Source: a virus (Duplodnaviria > Caudoviricetes). Taken from it: 64,000 bases of DNA. The notes under the pieces are model-generated. The model had not been told where the DNA came from. It searched no databases and saw only the letters and a list, made by a program, of their open reading frames with translations. Positions 29,325-37,878 of this stretch are shown one piece after another. The position numbers and the translations under genes were made by a program. The stretch is taken from positions 13,792 to 77,791 of IMG/VR virus record IMGVR_UViG_3300020577_011550; one strand, 5' to 3'. Every line of letters begins with the position of its first letter. Position 1 is the stretch's first letter.

Positions 29325-29819
29325 ATGTTGGTCAACGAAATCCTCATCAACAAATACACCGTCATCTATGGCGCTCCGGCGAGTGGCAAAACCACCTTAG
29401 CGGTTTTCACTGTTGGTCGAGAGGCTTTGGAGCGTGGGCTAACTGTCGCGGTCGCAACGAAAGACATGTCGGCTTCGAGCTTGCGCGAATACTTGCCTAC
29501 GCTTCAGCATGTCGTTGAGCGTGTGGAGGACTTACCCCCGGTTGATGTTGCGATAGTCGATGCGCTATCGCTGCCGTGGAGTAAGGATATCCCCGATCTG
29601 AGCCGGGCTAGAACGGTCATCGAAACGCGGCTGCTTGGCCGCACGCCGCTGGTCAAAGCTTATATTCATGAGTCCCTCCGTCGCGGCGCGGATCTGATTC
29701 TCAAAATGGTTGAGGAAGGCGCAGAGGTTGTTGAATCACGCCAATTCGAAACCCATCGGATCTTTAAGTTGGCGCTGGTGCCGGGCAGTCCTCAGTTTCG
29801 CCGATTTCTGGAAGGGTAA
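29325..29819 (+). CDS. small RecA/KaiC-like P-loop ATPase (1)
   Basis: YGAPASGKTT Walker A; VAIVDAL Walker B. Confidence 0.7.
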   Translation: MLVNEILINKYTVIYGAPASGKTTLAVFTVGREALERGLTVAVATKDMSASSLREYLPTLQHVVERVEDLPPVDVAIVDALSLPWSKDIPDLSRARTVIETRLLGRTPLVKAYIHESLRRGADLILKMVEEGAEVVESRQFETHRIFKLALVPGSPQFRRFLEG

Positions 29820-29822
29820 ACG

Positions 29823-30314
29823 ATGCTCTTTGACGATGTGTTCAACAGCCGTCATTCGCTCATTGTCGGCGATGAGAGCAGCGGTAAGACGACGCTGGCG
29901 CTCACGCTCGGCGCGCTGGCCCTGACGTATGGCTACAAGGTTGGGTTTGTTTCGCAAGCGGATGTCAACCTGCCCGGCGCGGTGATCGGGCGAACATTTG
30001 GGGAAATTGGCCGCGCCCATGTGCTGATCACCGACTTTCCGCCGCCACCTGTTGCGACCCCATTGTGGGACGTGCTCAACCTCGCCCCGATCGTGATCAC
30101 TGTGGTCGGCGTATCGCGGCGCGATCAGGTGCTGGATCTGATCCCGTATAGATTGCAAGCCGTTTCGGACAACATCTGGCAGGTGCGCTGCACGCGGATT
30201 GTTGTGTTGAAGTCGGAGCGCTACTACCCCGGCGACGTGTTTCCGGTGCAGCTGACGCCCGATCGGCGGCGCTATGTTGGGGTGGGGCAGTTTGACGGCG
30301 CAGCTGTGTCCTGA
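29823..30314 (+). CDS. small RecA/KaiC-like P-loop ATPase (2)
   Basis: VGDESSGKTT; LITD; C-terminal IVVLKSER resembles the KaiC K-x-R strand. Confidence 0.65.
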   Translation: MLFDDVFNSRHSLIVGDESSGKTTLALTLGALALTYGYKVGFVSQADVNLPGAVIGRTFGEIGRAHVLITDFPPPPVATPLWDVLNLAPIVITVVGVSRRDQVLDLIPYRLQAVSDNIWQVRCTRIVVLKSERYYPGDVFPVQLTPDRRRYVGVGQFDGAAVS

Positions 30315-30582
30315 TCCGCTCGAGGAAGAACTCTGCGGACCGCTCAAATACTGCCACAAGTGTAAAGAGTGGTGGCCGCGAGACGGAGAGTTCTTCCCCC
30401 GGCAGGGAGATGGGTTTCAATCTCCCTGCCACGCGTGTATCGCTGAATCGCGTCTGCTGATGATCGGGCAACCGTGTATTGTCGAAGGATGCAGGGAACC
30501 CCGATATACGACCAGCAGCGCACGGTGTAGGCAGCATACGAAAGAGGCACGATGTTCGAAGCACTCACCCAAGAAGACTTGA
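30274..30582 (+). CDS. zinc-finger protein (start uncertain)
   Basis: YCHKCKEWWP..FF..CHAC and CIVEGC...C..H. Confidence 0.5.
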   Translation: MLGWGSLTAQLCPDPLEEELCGPLKYCHKCKEWWPRDGEFFPRQGDGFQSPCHACIAESRLLMIGQPCIVEGCREPRYTTSSARCRQHTKEARCSKHSPKKT

Positions 30583-30824
30583 TCGCGGCGCTGGCTGATG
30601 TGCCAGCGGTCGAACTCGAAGCAATTCAGATTCTGCGCACGCATCCAGCGCAGCCGGGCAACCTGTTTCCGACCGGGCTGGATCGGGAAGTCTATACCCG
30701 GGCGACGATCCAGATAGTGAAGTATGCCCGCGAATGCGCGGACTTGGCGGCGCGGATGCGCGATCTACCGAGTGTGCCGATGCGGGTGATCGACGATGCA
30801 ATTATCGGGGGCTACTCGCTGTGA
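30552..30824 (+). CDS. hypothetical protein
   Basis: SD GAGG; GTGA overlap downstream. Confidence 0.6.
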   Translation: MFEALTQEDLIAALADVPAVELEAIQILRTHPAQPGNLFPTGLDREVYTRATIQIVKYARECADLAARMRDLPSVPMRVIDDAIIGGYSL

Positions 30825-31642
30825 ACACGCTGCTGCTCGGCGATCTGACGGCCTGCCTTCAGCTCGCGGGCGCGTGGCTCGATCCGATGGCCATCGTCGC
30901 CGATGAACCCTACGCCGAAGAGGATTACATGCTCGTGCTGCGCGAGCGGTTCCCCGAACAGTATGCAGAGTTCTGGCGTCTGGTGTACGAGGGGCAATCG
31001 GGCGTGAACGTCGAAATGACGATCACCAATGAGATCAACGAACGGATCCCGTATGGCGAATTCATCGATCTGGATTTTCTACCGTGGGGGCCGCCCGTTC
31101 CGTTTTTGGGGTCAGGATTGTCGAACAATGGCTATGAGGATGTTGATGACATCTGGAGCACCAGCCGCGGCGCCGAAGTTGGCCGCCTGTTTTTGCTGGA
31201 TGATCCGGCCAATGACAACTACGCCTTCAAAGCCCACGCGTTGATTGCCGAAGCTGTGGACGATGAACTGACCTGTGTGCTGACGTGGATCTTCGGCAGC
31301 AGCGGGAACACGTTGTTCGATTGGACGGAATGGGAAGCGGGCGAGAGCGGCCTTGAGCATCCCGGTTGGGAGGGGATGGAATCAACCATCCCGGTTTATA
31401 CCGAGGCGTGCGAACTGCATGACCGGGCGATGAATGGCTTTGAAGCGCTCGAAGAGGATGATGACCTGTACGGTCAAGTGTGTGGCGACATTATTCGCGC
31501 CTACTGGCAGAGTATCGAAGAGGTTCACTATGTACGTTATGACCGCCCCGCCTTCCAACGCGTTGGCATCGGCCTTCCAGTCGATTCAGGCACAGCCGAT
31601 CCTGAGCCTGACCTTCATGCCGTACGGGATCGTGCTGCGTAG
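30821..31642 (+). CDS. acidic hypothetical protein (PRTRC protein F position)
   Basis: Very Asp/Glu-rich; lies immediately before the E2-like gene. Confidence 0.55.
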   Translation: MNTLLLGDLTACLQLAGAWLDPMAIVADEPYAEEDYMLVLRERFPEQYAEFWRLVYEGQSGVNVEMTITNEINERIPYGEFIDLDFLPWGPPVPFLGSGLSNNGYEDVDDIWSTSRGAEVGRLFLLDDPANDNYAFKAHALIAEAVDDELTCVLTWIFGSSGNTLFDWTEWEAGESGLEHPGWEGMESTIPVYTEACELHDRAMNGFEALEEDDDLYGQVCGDIIRAYWQSIEEVHYVRYDRPAFQRVGIGLPVDSGTADPEPDLHAVRDRAA

Positions 31643-32240
31643 CAACAATGCACAGGGCACGATCGAAAAACTTGTCTCGCCCGAAGGCCTCGCCCAGATG
31701 CTGAGTGGCTTGGCGAAACCGTCGTGGAACACCGGACTGCTCACGCCGAACACGTTGTGGATGGGCGACCTCAACGGTAAGCGGGTGGTGGTTGAGTACC
31801 GCAAGCCGCAGGTGACGGGTATCTGGCTGGATGGCAGTGAGACCCCATTGCGCGTAGCGCTGCCGGGGCTGGTCATGCTGCGCGAGGTCAAAGTGGATAC
31901 GAACGCGTCCTATCGCCTGTGGGCGGTCAAGCGACGTCCGCGCAACCTCAAGGCGAAGCTCTACAATGCGCCGCTGCCGAATGTTGGCGGCAGTGGGGCG
32001 TGTTGGGGCACGGTCACGGTCGATAAACGTGACCCGGTCAGCCTAGCAGCGGACTGGAAGGCATTTCTCGGTTCGCGCTTTGGCGATCACTCCTGCAACG
32101 GTAAGTCGAAGATGGAGAAGAACGACATCCGCAAGCGCCTGATCCAGATCGACGGCATGAATGAAGATAGCTATCCGCTCGGCGATTTGGTCGATAGCGG
32201 GCAGACGCTCGAAAAAGCGCTCAAAGAGGTGACCAAGTGA
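31530..32240 (+). CDS. prokaryotic E2 family D protein (PRTRC protein B)
   Basis: TGLLTPNTL...LPGLV...LYNAPLPNV..GACWG (candidate catalytic Cys)...FLGSRF. Confidence 0.8.
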   Translation: MYVMTAPPSNALASAFQSIQAQPILSLTFMPYGIVLRSNNAQGTIEKLVSPEGLAQMLSGLAKPSWNTGLLTPNTLWMGDLNGKRVVVEYRKPQVTGIWLDGSETPLRVALPGLVMLREVKVDTNASYRLWAVKRRPRNLKAKLYNAPLPNVGGSGACWGTVTVDKRDPVSLAADWKAFLGSRFGDHSCNGKSKMEKNDIRKRLIQIDGMNEDSYPLGDLVDSGQTLEKALKEVTK

Positions 32241-33034
32241 GCTACGAATTCGACCCGCAGCTGCACCTGAAATTGATCGTCATCGTCGGCTTGGGCGGCA
32301 CAGGCAGCCAGCTCGCGCGGTCGGTCACGCGCATGGCCTACGATATGCGCCGCCGGAACATGTTCACACCAGATATTTTGTTCATCGATCCAGATGTGGT
32401 CGAGGAAAAGAATGTCGGCCGCCAAATGTTTACCGCCGCCGACGTGGGGCAAAACAAAGCCGAAGTGCTCGCCCGGCGCTTCAACTACGCGCTCGGTCTC
32501 GGCATCACGTGGCGTGCGGAGCCAGTGACCGGCGATCTGTTCAAAGAAATCAAGCTTACTGATCACAGCACCTATCGCGGCAACGAAGTGATTCTGTGTG
32601 GCGCGGTCGATAACCATGCCGCCCGCGCGGAACTGGCGAAGATCAACGCGACGTGGATCGACGCTGGCAACCATTTCGCCGCCGGGCAGGTGGTCATCGG
32701 CAACACGTCTGATGCGGGCAGCGTGAAACGCGCGCTGGAGGAAGCGAAACGCGTGAAGCGAAAGACGCTCATGCTCAGCCCCAACGCTGCGCTCGTGTTC
32801 CCCGAGCTGCTCCAGCCCGATGAGAAACCGAAGATCTCCTGCGCGGATCTGGTCGCGCTCGGCGATCAGCACCTGCTCATCAACGACGCGGTCGCGATGG
32901 TCGCGGCGCAGTATGTATTCAAGCTGCTTTTCCGCCAGCCGATCACCACGTTCAAGTCGTACATCAGCCTCGAAACACTCGCCATGCGCAGCGTGGCGCT
33001 CTCCGAAGACGAACTCCTACCTTATCTGAATTAA
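32237..33034 (+). CDS. ThiF/E1-like adenylyltransferase (PRTRC ThiF)
   Basis: VGLGGTGS, DPDVVEEKNVGRQ, NKAEVLA, AVDN, WIDAGN, SCA. Confidence 0.9.
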   Translation: MSYEFDPQLHLKLIVIVGLGGTGSQLARSVTRMAYDMRRRNMFTPDILFIDPDVVEEKNVGRQMFTAADVGQNKAEVLARRFNYALGLGITWRAEPVTGDLFKEIKLTDHSTYRGNEVILCGAVDNHAARAELAKINATWIDAGNHFAAGQVVIGNTSDAGSVKRALEEAKRVKRKTLMLSPNAALVFPELLQPDEKPKISCADLVALGDQHLLINDAVAMVAAQYVFKLLFRQPITTFKSYISLETLAMRSVALSEDELLPYLN

Positions 33035-33106
33035 AACACAAAGCCCCCGCTTGAGGCAGCGGGGGCTTCTATGAAAGGAGGTGAGGTTCACTTCTTTTCA
33101 CACACG
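33034..33106 (-). ncRNA. candidate ~70-nt anti-Shine-Dalgarno small RNA
   Basis: Between a TTGACA-N17-TATGCT promoter and a terminator; body GGCGUGUGUGAAAAGAAGUGAACCUCACCUCCUUUCAUAG. Confidence 0.6.
33040..33068. terminator. bidirectional intrinsic terminator
   Basis: AAAGCCCCCGCT-tgaggc-AGCGGGGGCTT. Confidence 0.8.
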
Positions 33107-33112
33107 CCCTCA

Positions 33113-33141
33113 AGCATACGAATTTTTTCTAACCTTGTCAA
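33113..33141 (-). promoter_or_regulatory. sigma70 promoter of the candidate sRNA
   Basis: Minus strand TTGACA (33141-33136), 17 nt, TATGCT (33118-33113). Confidence 0.75.
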
Positions 33142-33146
33142 TCTAT

Positions 33147-33175
33147 TTGCTATACCATACGCTTTATGGTATACT
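33147..33175 (+). promoter_or_regulatory. promoter with embedded palindromic operator (copy 3)
   Basis: TTGCTA-N17-TATACT containing TATACCATA-cgctt-TATGGTATA. Confidence 0.85.
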
Positions 33176-33208
33176 ACCCTTAACCTTATGAGGAAAGGTT
33201 GAGGTCAC

Positions 33209-33457
33209 ATGCAACACACACATTTGTTGGACGAATTATTGGAGCAAGCCCGAGCGCATCAGGACGAGGAACGGAACGTCTCCTATGCGCACCAGTGGTA
33301 CAGCGGCGTGTACGTGCAGATCATAGCGATCGGCCTGCAAATGGCGATCTTTACGATCGGCGCGATGATGCCGGACGAACTGCCGCTCGTGACGGATGAC
33401 TATCAGCAAGCGGCTGAATTCTTCGAAGAGCAGATGCAGAGCGCGGAGGCCTTCTGA
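33209..33457 (+). CDS. hypothetical protein (first gene of early operon)
   Basis: Strong SD; 82 aa. Confidence 0.65.
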   Translation: MQHTHLLDELLEQARAHQDEERNVSYAHQWYSGVYVQIIAIGLQMAIFTIGAMMPDELPLVTDDYQQAAEFFEEQMQSAEAF

Positions 33458-33663
33458 TGGACATTTATCTCCAGCATGAAGATTGGCGCGATTGCCCGGT
33501 CATTTATCCCCGGAACAATCCGCTCATGGGCGAAATTGTCCCCACGCCGAAGCCCTCGCTCGACAGCTCAACGCTCATCGGTCTGGGCTATCGCGAAGTT
33601 GCGCCCGATCTGTTGGTGCGCACTGGCATGACCAAGGCGCGCCGCCCCGCTGCACATCTTTGA
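33457..33663 (+). CDS. hypothetical protein
   Basis: TGATG overlap. Confidence 0.5.
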   Translation: MDIYLQHEDWRDCPVIYPRNNPLMGEIVPTPKPSLDSSTLIGLGYREVAPDLLVRTGMTKARRPAAHL

Positions 33664-33664
33664 A

Positions 33665-33880
33665 ATGTGGTACATCGATGAGACCGGGCCGCGGCACGTT
33701 TGCGGTTACGGCACAAGCCCGCGTGCTGCGCATGCCGATGCATGGCGGCTGCGTCGCCAGGTCGCGAATCACGGTTCGCGCATTGCAGCCGCCGAGTTTG
33801 CCCGCAGTCGGATCAAGCAGATTGCCTTCAAGGACGTCGCCGACGAACGCGCGCTCCGCCAACTTGAGTTAGCGGGGTAG
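33665..33880 (+). CDS. hypothetical protein
   Basis: Operon packing. Confidence 0.5.
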   Translation: MWYIDETGPRHVCGYGTSPRAAHADAWRLRRQVANHGSRIAAAEFARSRIKQIAFKDVADERALRQLELAG

Positions 33881-33885
33881 GGCAG

Positions 33886-34188
33886 ATGAAGACGACCTGT
33901 CCTGTTTGCAATGGTGATCGCACGATTCGCAGTCTGCACATGACTGCTGCCGGGCCCGATGAAGTCAACTGCTGGTTCTGTGAAGGCAAGGGGGAGGTTC
34001 CGGTTTCGACCGAGCCGATTTATGTCCTGACCACGAGCCAGATTCACCCGTGGATTTACTCGCAGGCGTGGGTCAAGGGCACTTTGGCGAAGATCCAGCA
34101 TCCGCGTCATGGCACGTTTTACGCGAAGCAGCGTGGCTCGTGCTGGCACCGCATCGAACGCAAGCTGCCGTTCGGCTATGGACTGTAG
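33886..34188 (+). CDS. DnaJ-type zinc-finger hypothetical protein
   Basis: CPVCNG...CWFCEGKG. Confidence 0.55.
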   Translation: MKTTCPVCNGDRTIRSLHMTAAGPDEVNCWFCEGKGEVPVSTEPIYVLTTSQIHPWIYSQAWVKGTLAKIQHPRHGTFYAKQRGSCWHRIERKLPFGYGL

Positions 34189-34197
34189 GGGAAGATC

Positions 34198-36663
34198 ATG
34201 ACGATGCTCGAAGGACTCACTAAACCGATGCGCGACGCGTTGAACGCGATCCGCGCTGGCGGCGAATCGACCATGAAGGCGAACACCAACACGATCAAGG
34301 CGCTGATCGACCGCGGGCTGATCGAAGTCGCGGCGATTGAACAGCCGCAGCGCTGGTTGCTTTCGCCCGTGGGCGAAATGGTCTACTTCAACGACGAGGT
34401 CTTGTCCACGTATCAAACGACCAGCTTCGCGCCGGGGCAGGATGTGCAGTATCTGCACTGGCATACCAACGGTTATCCGTGGCGCTTTGAATGGGAAGCC
34501 GGGCAGGTTGAGCGCATCACCAAAGCATTCGTGTTCGTGAAGTATCCGAACGGCGAGGTGAAGCAGCACGTGCCCAAGCGCTTACGTCACAAGCCGATGC
34601 CGACGCTCAGCGCGGTGATAGCCGAGGCTTTGATTGAAGCTGCTGCGCTGCAATCGACCGACACCAGTTTCGAGCCGTACATCTCCGAGCCGCGCATGGT
34701 CGATGACAAGCTCATCGCCGTGACCGCGATCTGCAATATCTGTGGCTGCCAGTACGACTCGATCCACCTGAAAGGGCTGCGCAATCCGTGGTTGTTCGCG
34801 AACCTGAATCCGCGCTGCCCGGCGTGCTTGTGGCCGGACATTGACGACCGGATCAAGAAGATACGCGAATCGGAAGCCCTGTCGCATGACGAACCCCTCG
34901 TCGTGGAGCCGCGCATGGTCAACGATAAGCTGATCGCTGTGACGGGCTTCTGCGATGTGTGCGGTTGCCAGTACGATGATATTGTTCCCTACGAGATGCC
35001 CCGCGAACGCCTTTGGCGCTGGACAAACTTGGTTTCGCGCTGCTCGGTGTGCTTCCGGAACAACTGCTACGAATGTGGCAAGCCGCTGCCCGCCACCAGC
35101 GACGAACGCAGCATCGGGTACTGTGACGAGTGCAATACACGGCCATTAGGGAGCAAAAAAGCGGCTGAGCAAATCCCTAATATCCCGACCGCCGCTCACA
35201 TCGACTATCCGCTGCTCGTGACGTTCCTCGCCGATGGGGAGAACGCGTTTCATCACTTATGGGCTTGGTACGCGGGTGTGATTTCCATCGCGTTGATGGA
35301 CTACGAGCGTGTCTCCTCAGAGGATGCGATGAAGCGTGCCATGCGCAGCGCCGCCGCTCTGCTGCACCTGCGCTTCGAGGAAGAATACCTGCGCCTCGTC
35401 GATGCAGTCGGGCACAATAACGACGCGGACGCGCTGTTTCACGTGCTGCCCATCAATGCGGAAATGACGGTGCGCACGTGGATGATCGAGTACGGCCAAT
35501 TTGATTACACGGCTCAGCTGATCGACCTGCGCCAGACCGCCCGTGAACATGCCGTCTACGTTGACCCGATCCCTACGCGCTTGACGCCATTGGAATACCG
35601 CGAAGGGCAGTACAGCTCTCGGCAGCGCGCCGGGGTGTGCCGCGTTTGGTGGCACGCGCCGTCCACGCGCCGCTTCGTCGAACACGTCACGCAAGATAGC
35701 TCGACCGGCAGATGGTACGTTCACGCGCACAAACTGGAGATCCCCATCCCGCTGATACCAGATGAATACTTCACCGTCGAAGAATTGACGCCCGCGCGGA
35801 TCAATGACCGCGTGCAGCGTTTGGATGATGGGCAGTTGGGCACGGTCGTCGGCGTCAGCGGCGGCGACGTGTGGGTGAAGCCGGAGCAGGGCGGGGAGCA
35901 GCCGCGCTGGAAGCGCGTGCACGTTGACATCATTTATCCGAAAGACCCGACCGGCGATGAAACTGATGAATACCTGTCGGATGAAGCTGTGCCCCCACCG
36001 TGGACGCCGGATATTTTGAAGCGCGTCCGTATCAAGGCTGGACTTCATGCCGGCATCATCGCCCAAGTCACGGATATTGGCGCGAATGCACGCGGGGCAA
36101 CCTACAAGGTATTCAGCGAATGGTACAACGCCTCCGATTTGGAAGACCCCAACACGCCCATGACGCTTCTGTCCGACGAAGAGATCGCCCACACCTGCGC
36201 GAAGATTCGCCTGCACCTGCATGGCGGGATGCGCGTCGGGTTGATCGAATCAGTGACGCACCTGCTCGATCAGCAGTATCAGGTCAAGTTCGTTCACTTC
36301 ACTGACTACATTCCCCACGCGATTCTCGAACGCATCGAATTCCTGTACATGGTCGATGATCATGACCGTTCGTCCGTCCTGATCGGATTGGACAGCCCCC
36401 CATTGTGGCGTCTGAGTCAGTCCGACGAAGCCCGCGAATTTCAGGCCGTGTTGGATGCCGCCGGAATCGCGCTGCAAGCCCGTTTTAACGCGCAAAACGA
36501 ACTTATCGTCTTTCACCCCCTTGAGGATGTTTTAGAACGCTTGTGCGCCAACGTGCGCAAGCTGGCGGGGGTTTTAGCGGTCGATCTCGGATTCAACAAC
36601 AACCCGTGCTTGGCGCAGGTCAAGCTTCAGAAAATCTTAGAAGGGGCAACCGCCAATGGCTAA
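34198..36663 (+). CDS. large mosaic protein with duplicated Zn-ribbon and several SH3/KOW-like modules
   Basis: 821 aa; EPRMVxDKLIAVT..C..CGCQYD occurs twice; RVQRL..GQLGTV and RVRIK.G...GII modules. Confidence 0.7.
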   Translation: MTMLEGLTKPMRDALNAIRAGGESTMKANTNTIKALIDRGLIEVAAIEQPQRWLLSPVGEMVYFNDEVLSTYQTTSFAPGQDVQYLHWHTNGYPWRFEWEAGQVERITKAFVFVKYPNGEVKQHVPKRLRHKPMPTLSAVIAEALIEAAALQSTDTSFEPYISEPRMVDDKLIAVTAICNICGCQYDSIHLKGLRNPWLFANLNPRCPACLWPDIDDRIKKIRESEALSHDEPLVVEPRMVNDKLIAVTGFCDVCGCQYDDIVPYEMPRERLWRWTNLVSRCSVCFRNNCYECGKPLPATSDERSIGYCDECNTRPLGSKKAAEQIPNIPTAAHIDYPLLVTFLADGENAFHHLWAWYAGVISIALMDYERVSSEDAMKRAMRSAAALLHLRFEEEYLRLVDAVGHNNDADALFHVLPINAEMTVRTWMIEYGQFDYTAQLIDLRQTAREHAVYVDPIPTRLTPLEYREGQYSSRQRAGVCRVWWHAPSTRRFVEHVTQDSSTGRWYVHAHKLEIPIPLIPDEYFTVEELTPARINDRVQRLDDGQLGTVVGVSGGDVWVKPEQGGEQPRWKRVHVDIIYPKDPTGDETDEYLSDEAVPPPWTPDILKRVRIKAGLHAGIIAQVTDIGANARGATYKVFSEWYNASDLEDPNTPMTLLSDEEIAHTCAKIRLHLHGGMRVGLIESVTHLLDQQYQVKFVHFTDYIPHAILERIEFLYMVDDHDRSSVLIGLDSPPLWRLSQSDEAREFQAVLDAAGIALQARFNAQNELIVFHPLEDVLERLCANVRKLAGVLAVDLGFNNNPCLAQVKLQKILEGATANG

Positions 36664-36961
36664 CATTTCTGATCGTAAGCTGCTGCACATCGGCGCGTCA
36701 CAGCGCGCGGCGAAAGCAGCCCGTCCGAAAGACTTTACGGTCGTCCTGCGCGGTGTGCGTATGTCGCCCGGCGAAGCGCTGAAGCGTGGCGGATTTGTCG
36801 TAGCGAGCTGGTGGGAACAGAAGGTCACGCTGATCTGCCTGCGCACCGGTCGGCTGATGCTTCTCTCTGGCAACATCGCCGTGGAAGTGAACGCGCATCC
36901 GGATGTGGTTCGCGCCGTCTTCAAGCCGCACTGTGATGCCCAGTGGTGGAGGAAAAGCTAA
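36656..36961 (+). CDS. hypothetical protein
   Basis: Overlaps neighbours. Confidence 0.55.
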   Translation: MANISDRKLLHIGASQRAAKAARPKDFTVVLRGVRMSPGEALKRGGFVVASWWEQKVTLICLRTGRLMLLSGNIAVEVNAHPDVVRAVFKPHCDAQWWRKS

Positions 36962-37878
36962 TGTCGCTGACCTCGCAGCTCAAGGAAGCGGACAGCCCGG
37001 TTTCGCGCTTTCTGAACGCCAAGATGAAGTCGGAGGCGGTGGACGGCATGATCGCCAGATTCAACGCGGTCACAACGCGTCGGCCGACGCTGGTCACTGA
37101 CGGCGTGAGCGCCGATATCGTCGGCACAGCCTTCGATTACGCGTTTCGCTGGAACATTGAACAGTTTACGCCGCGGCAGCTCGTCGCCTGGCATGGTGCG
37201 CGCGATTTACGCGATGAACGGGTAATCATAGATTTGGTCGAGATGGGCAATGCTCAACCCGACCAGCGCGCTGCCTGCGCCATTGTCTTGTCGTGGTATG
37301 AGCGGATCTTCCGTTCGGGGCACATCCGCCCCGAACTGGAAGCCTCGAATGTCGGGCTGAGCAGTGAAGGTCCGTACCTCACACGCTTATTGGCCCATGT
37401 GCCGGCCGCTGATTTGGCCGACGTGCAGCGTTTGATGTCAACGGTAAATCAGGTCTGGGGTGATCGGCTGAAGGAGCAGCCGTATCACTCCAACCCCATG
37501 TTTGATGGCAGCCCGAATGTAGGCGGTGCGGACGCGGACTGGATCATGGGGCGCACACTCTACGAATGCAAAACCACGCGCAAGAGCCGCCCGTTCACCC
37601 GCGAAATGTTCCTCCAGATGATCGGCTACGTGCTGCTCGATTACTCCGATCGCTACAAGCTGGAAAAAGTAGCGTGGTATTTCGCCCGTCACCAGCTGCT
37701 GATCGAGCTGCCCATCACCAACCTATTTCGGGATCTGCCTGCGCTGCGCGCTGAATTCAAGGCTCGCTTGCGCCCATCCGCGCCCCGGCGCACACGTTCG
37801 CTGGCGCGTGATCTTCGCGACATCGCCGAAAAACATCACGGCGACGAACTCGACTTTGACCTGTATGGAGACTTTTAG
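36961..37878 (+). CDS. PD-(D/E)XK-like nuclease
   Basis: GGADADWI...LYECKTT...LQMIGYVLLD (D..ExK with a QxxxY-type motif). Confidence 0.7.
   Translation: MSLTSQLKEADSPVSRFLNAKMKSEAVDGMIARFNAVTTRRPTLVTDGVSADIVGTAFDYAFRWNIEQFTPRQLVAWHGARDLRDERVIIDLVEMGNAQPDQRAACAIVLSWYERIFRSGHIRPELEASNVGLSSEGPYLTRLLAHVPAADLADVQRLMSTVNQVWGDRLKEQPYHSNPMFDGSPNVGGADADWIMGRTLYECKTTRKSRPFTREMFLQMIGYVLLDYSDRYKLEKVAWYFARHQLLIELPITNLFRDLPALRAEFKARLRPSAPRRTRSLARDLRDIAEKHHGDELDFDLYGDF

Noticed and set aside
33071-33202. 43-aa plus-strand ORF (MKGGEVHF...)
   Set aside because: Starts right after a terminator without an SD and runs across two promoters; the sRNA reading fits better.
34687-34977. DGR template/variable repeat pair
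   Set aside because: Differences are mostly synonymous and not adenine-specific, and no reverse transcriptase is in the window.
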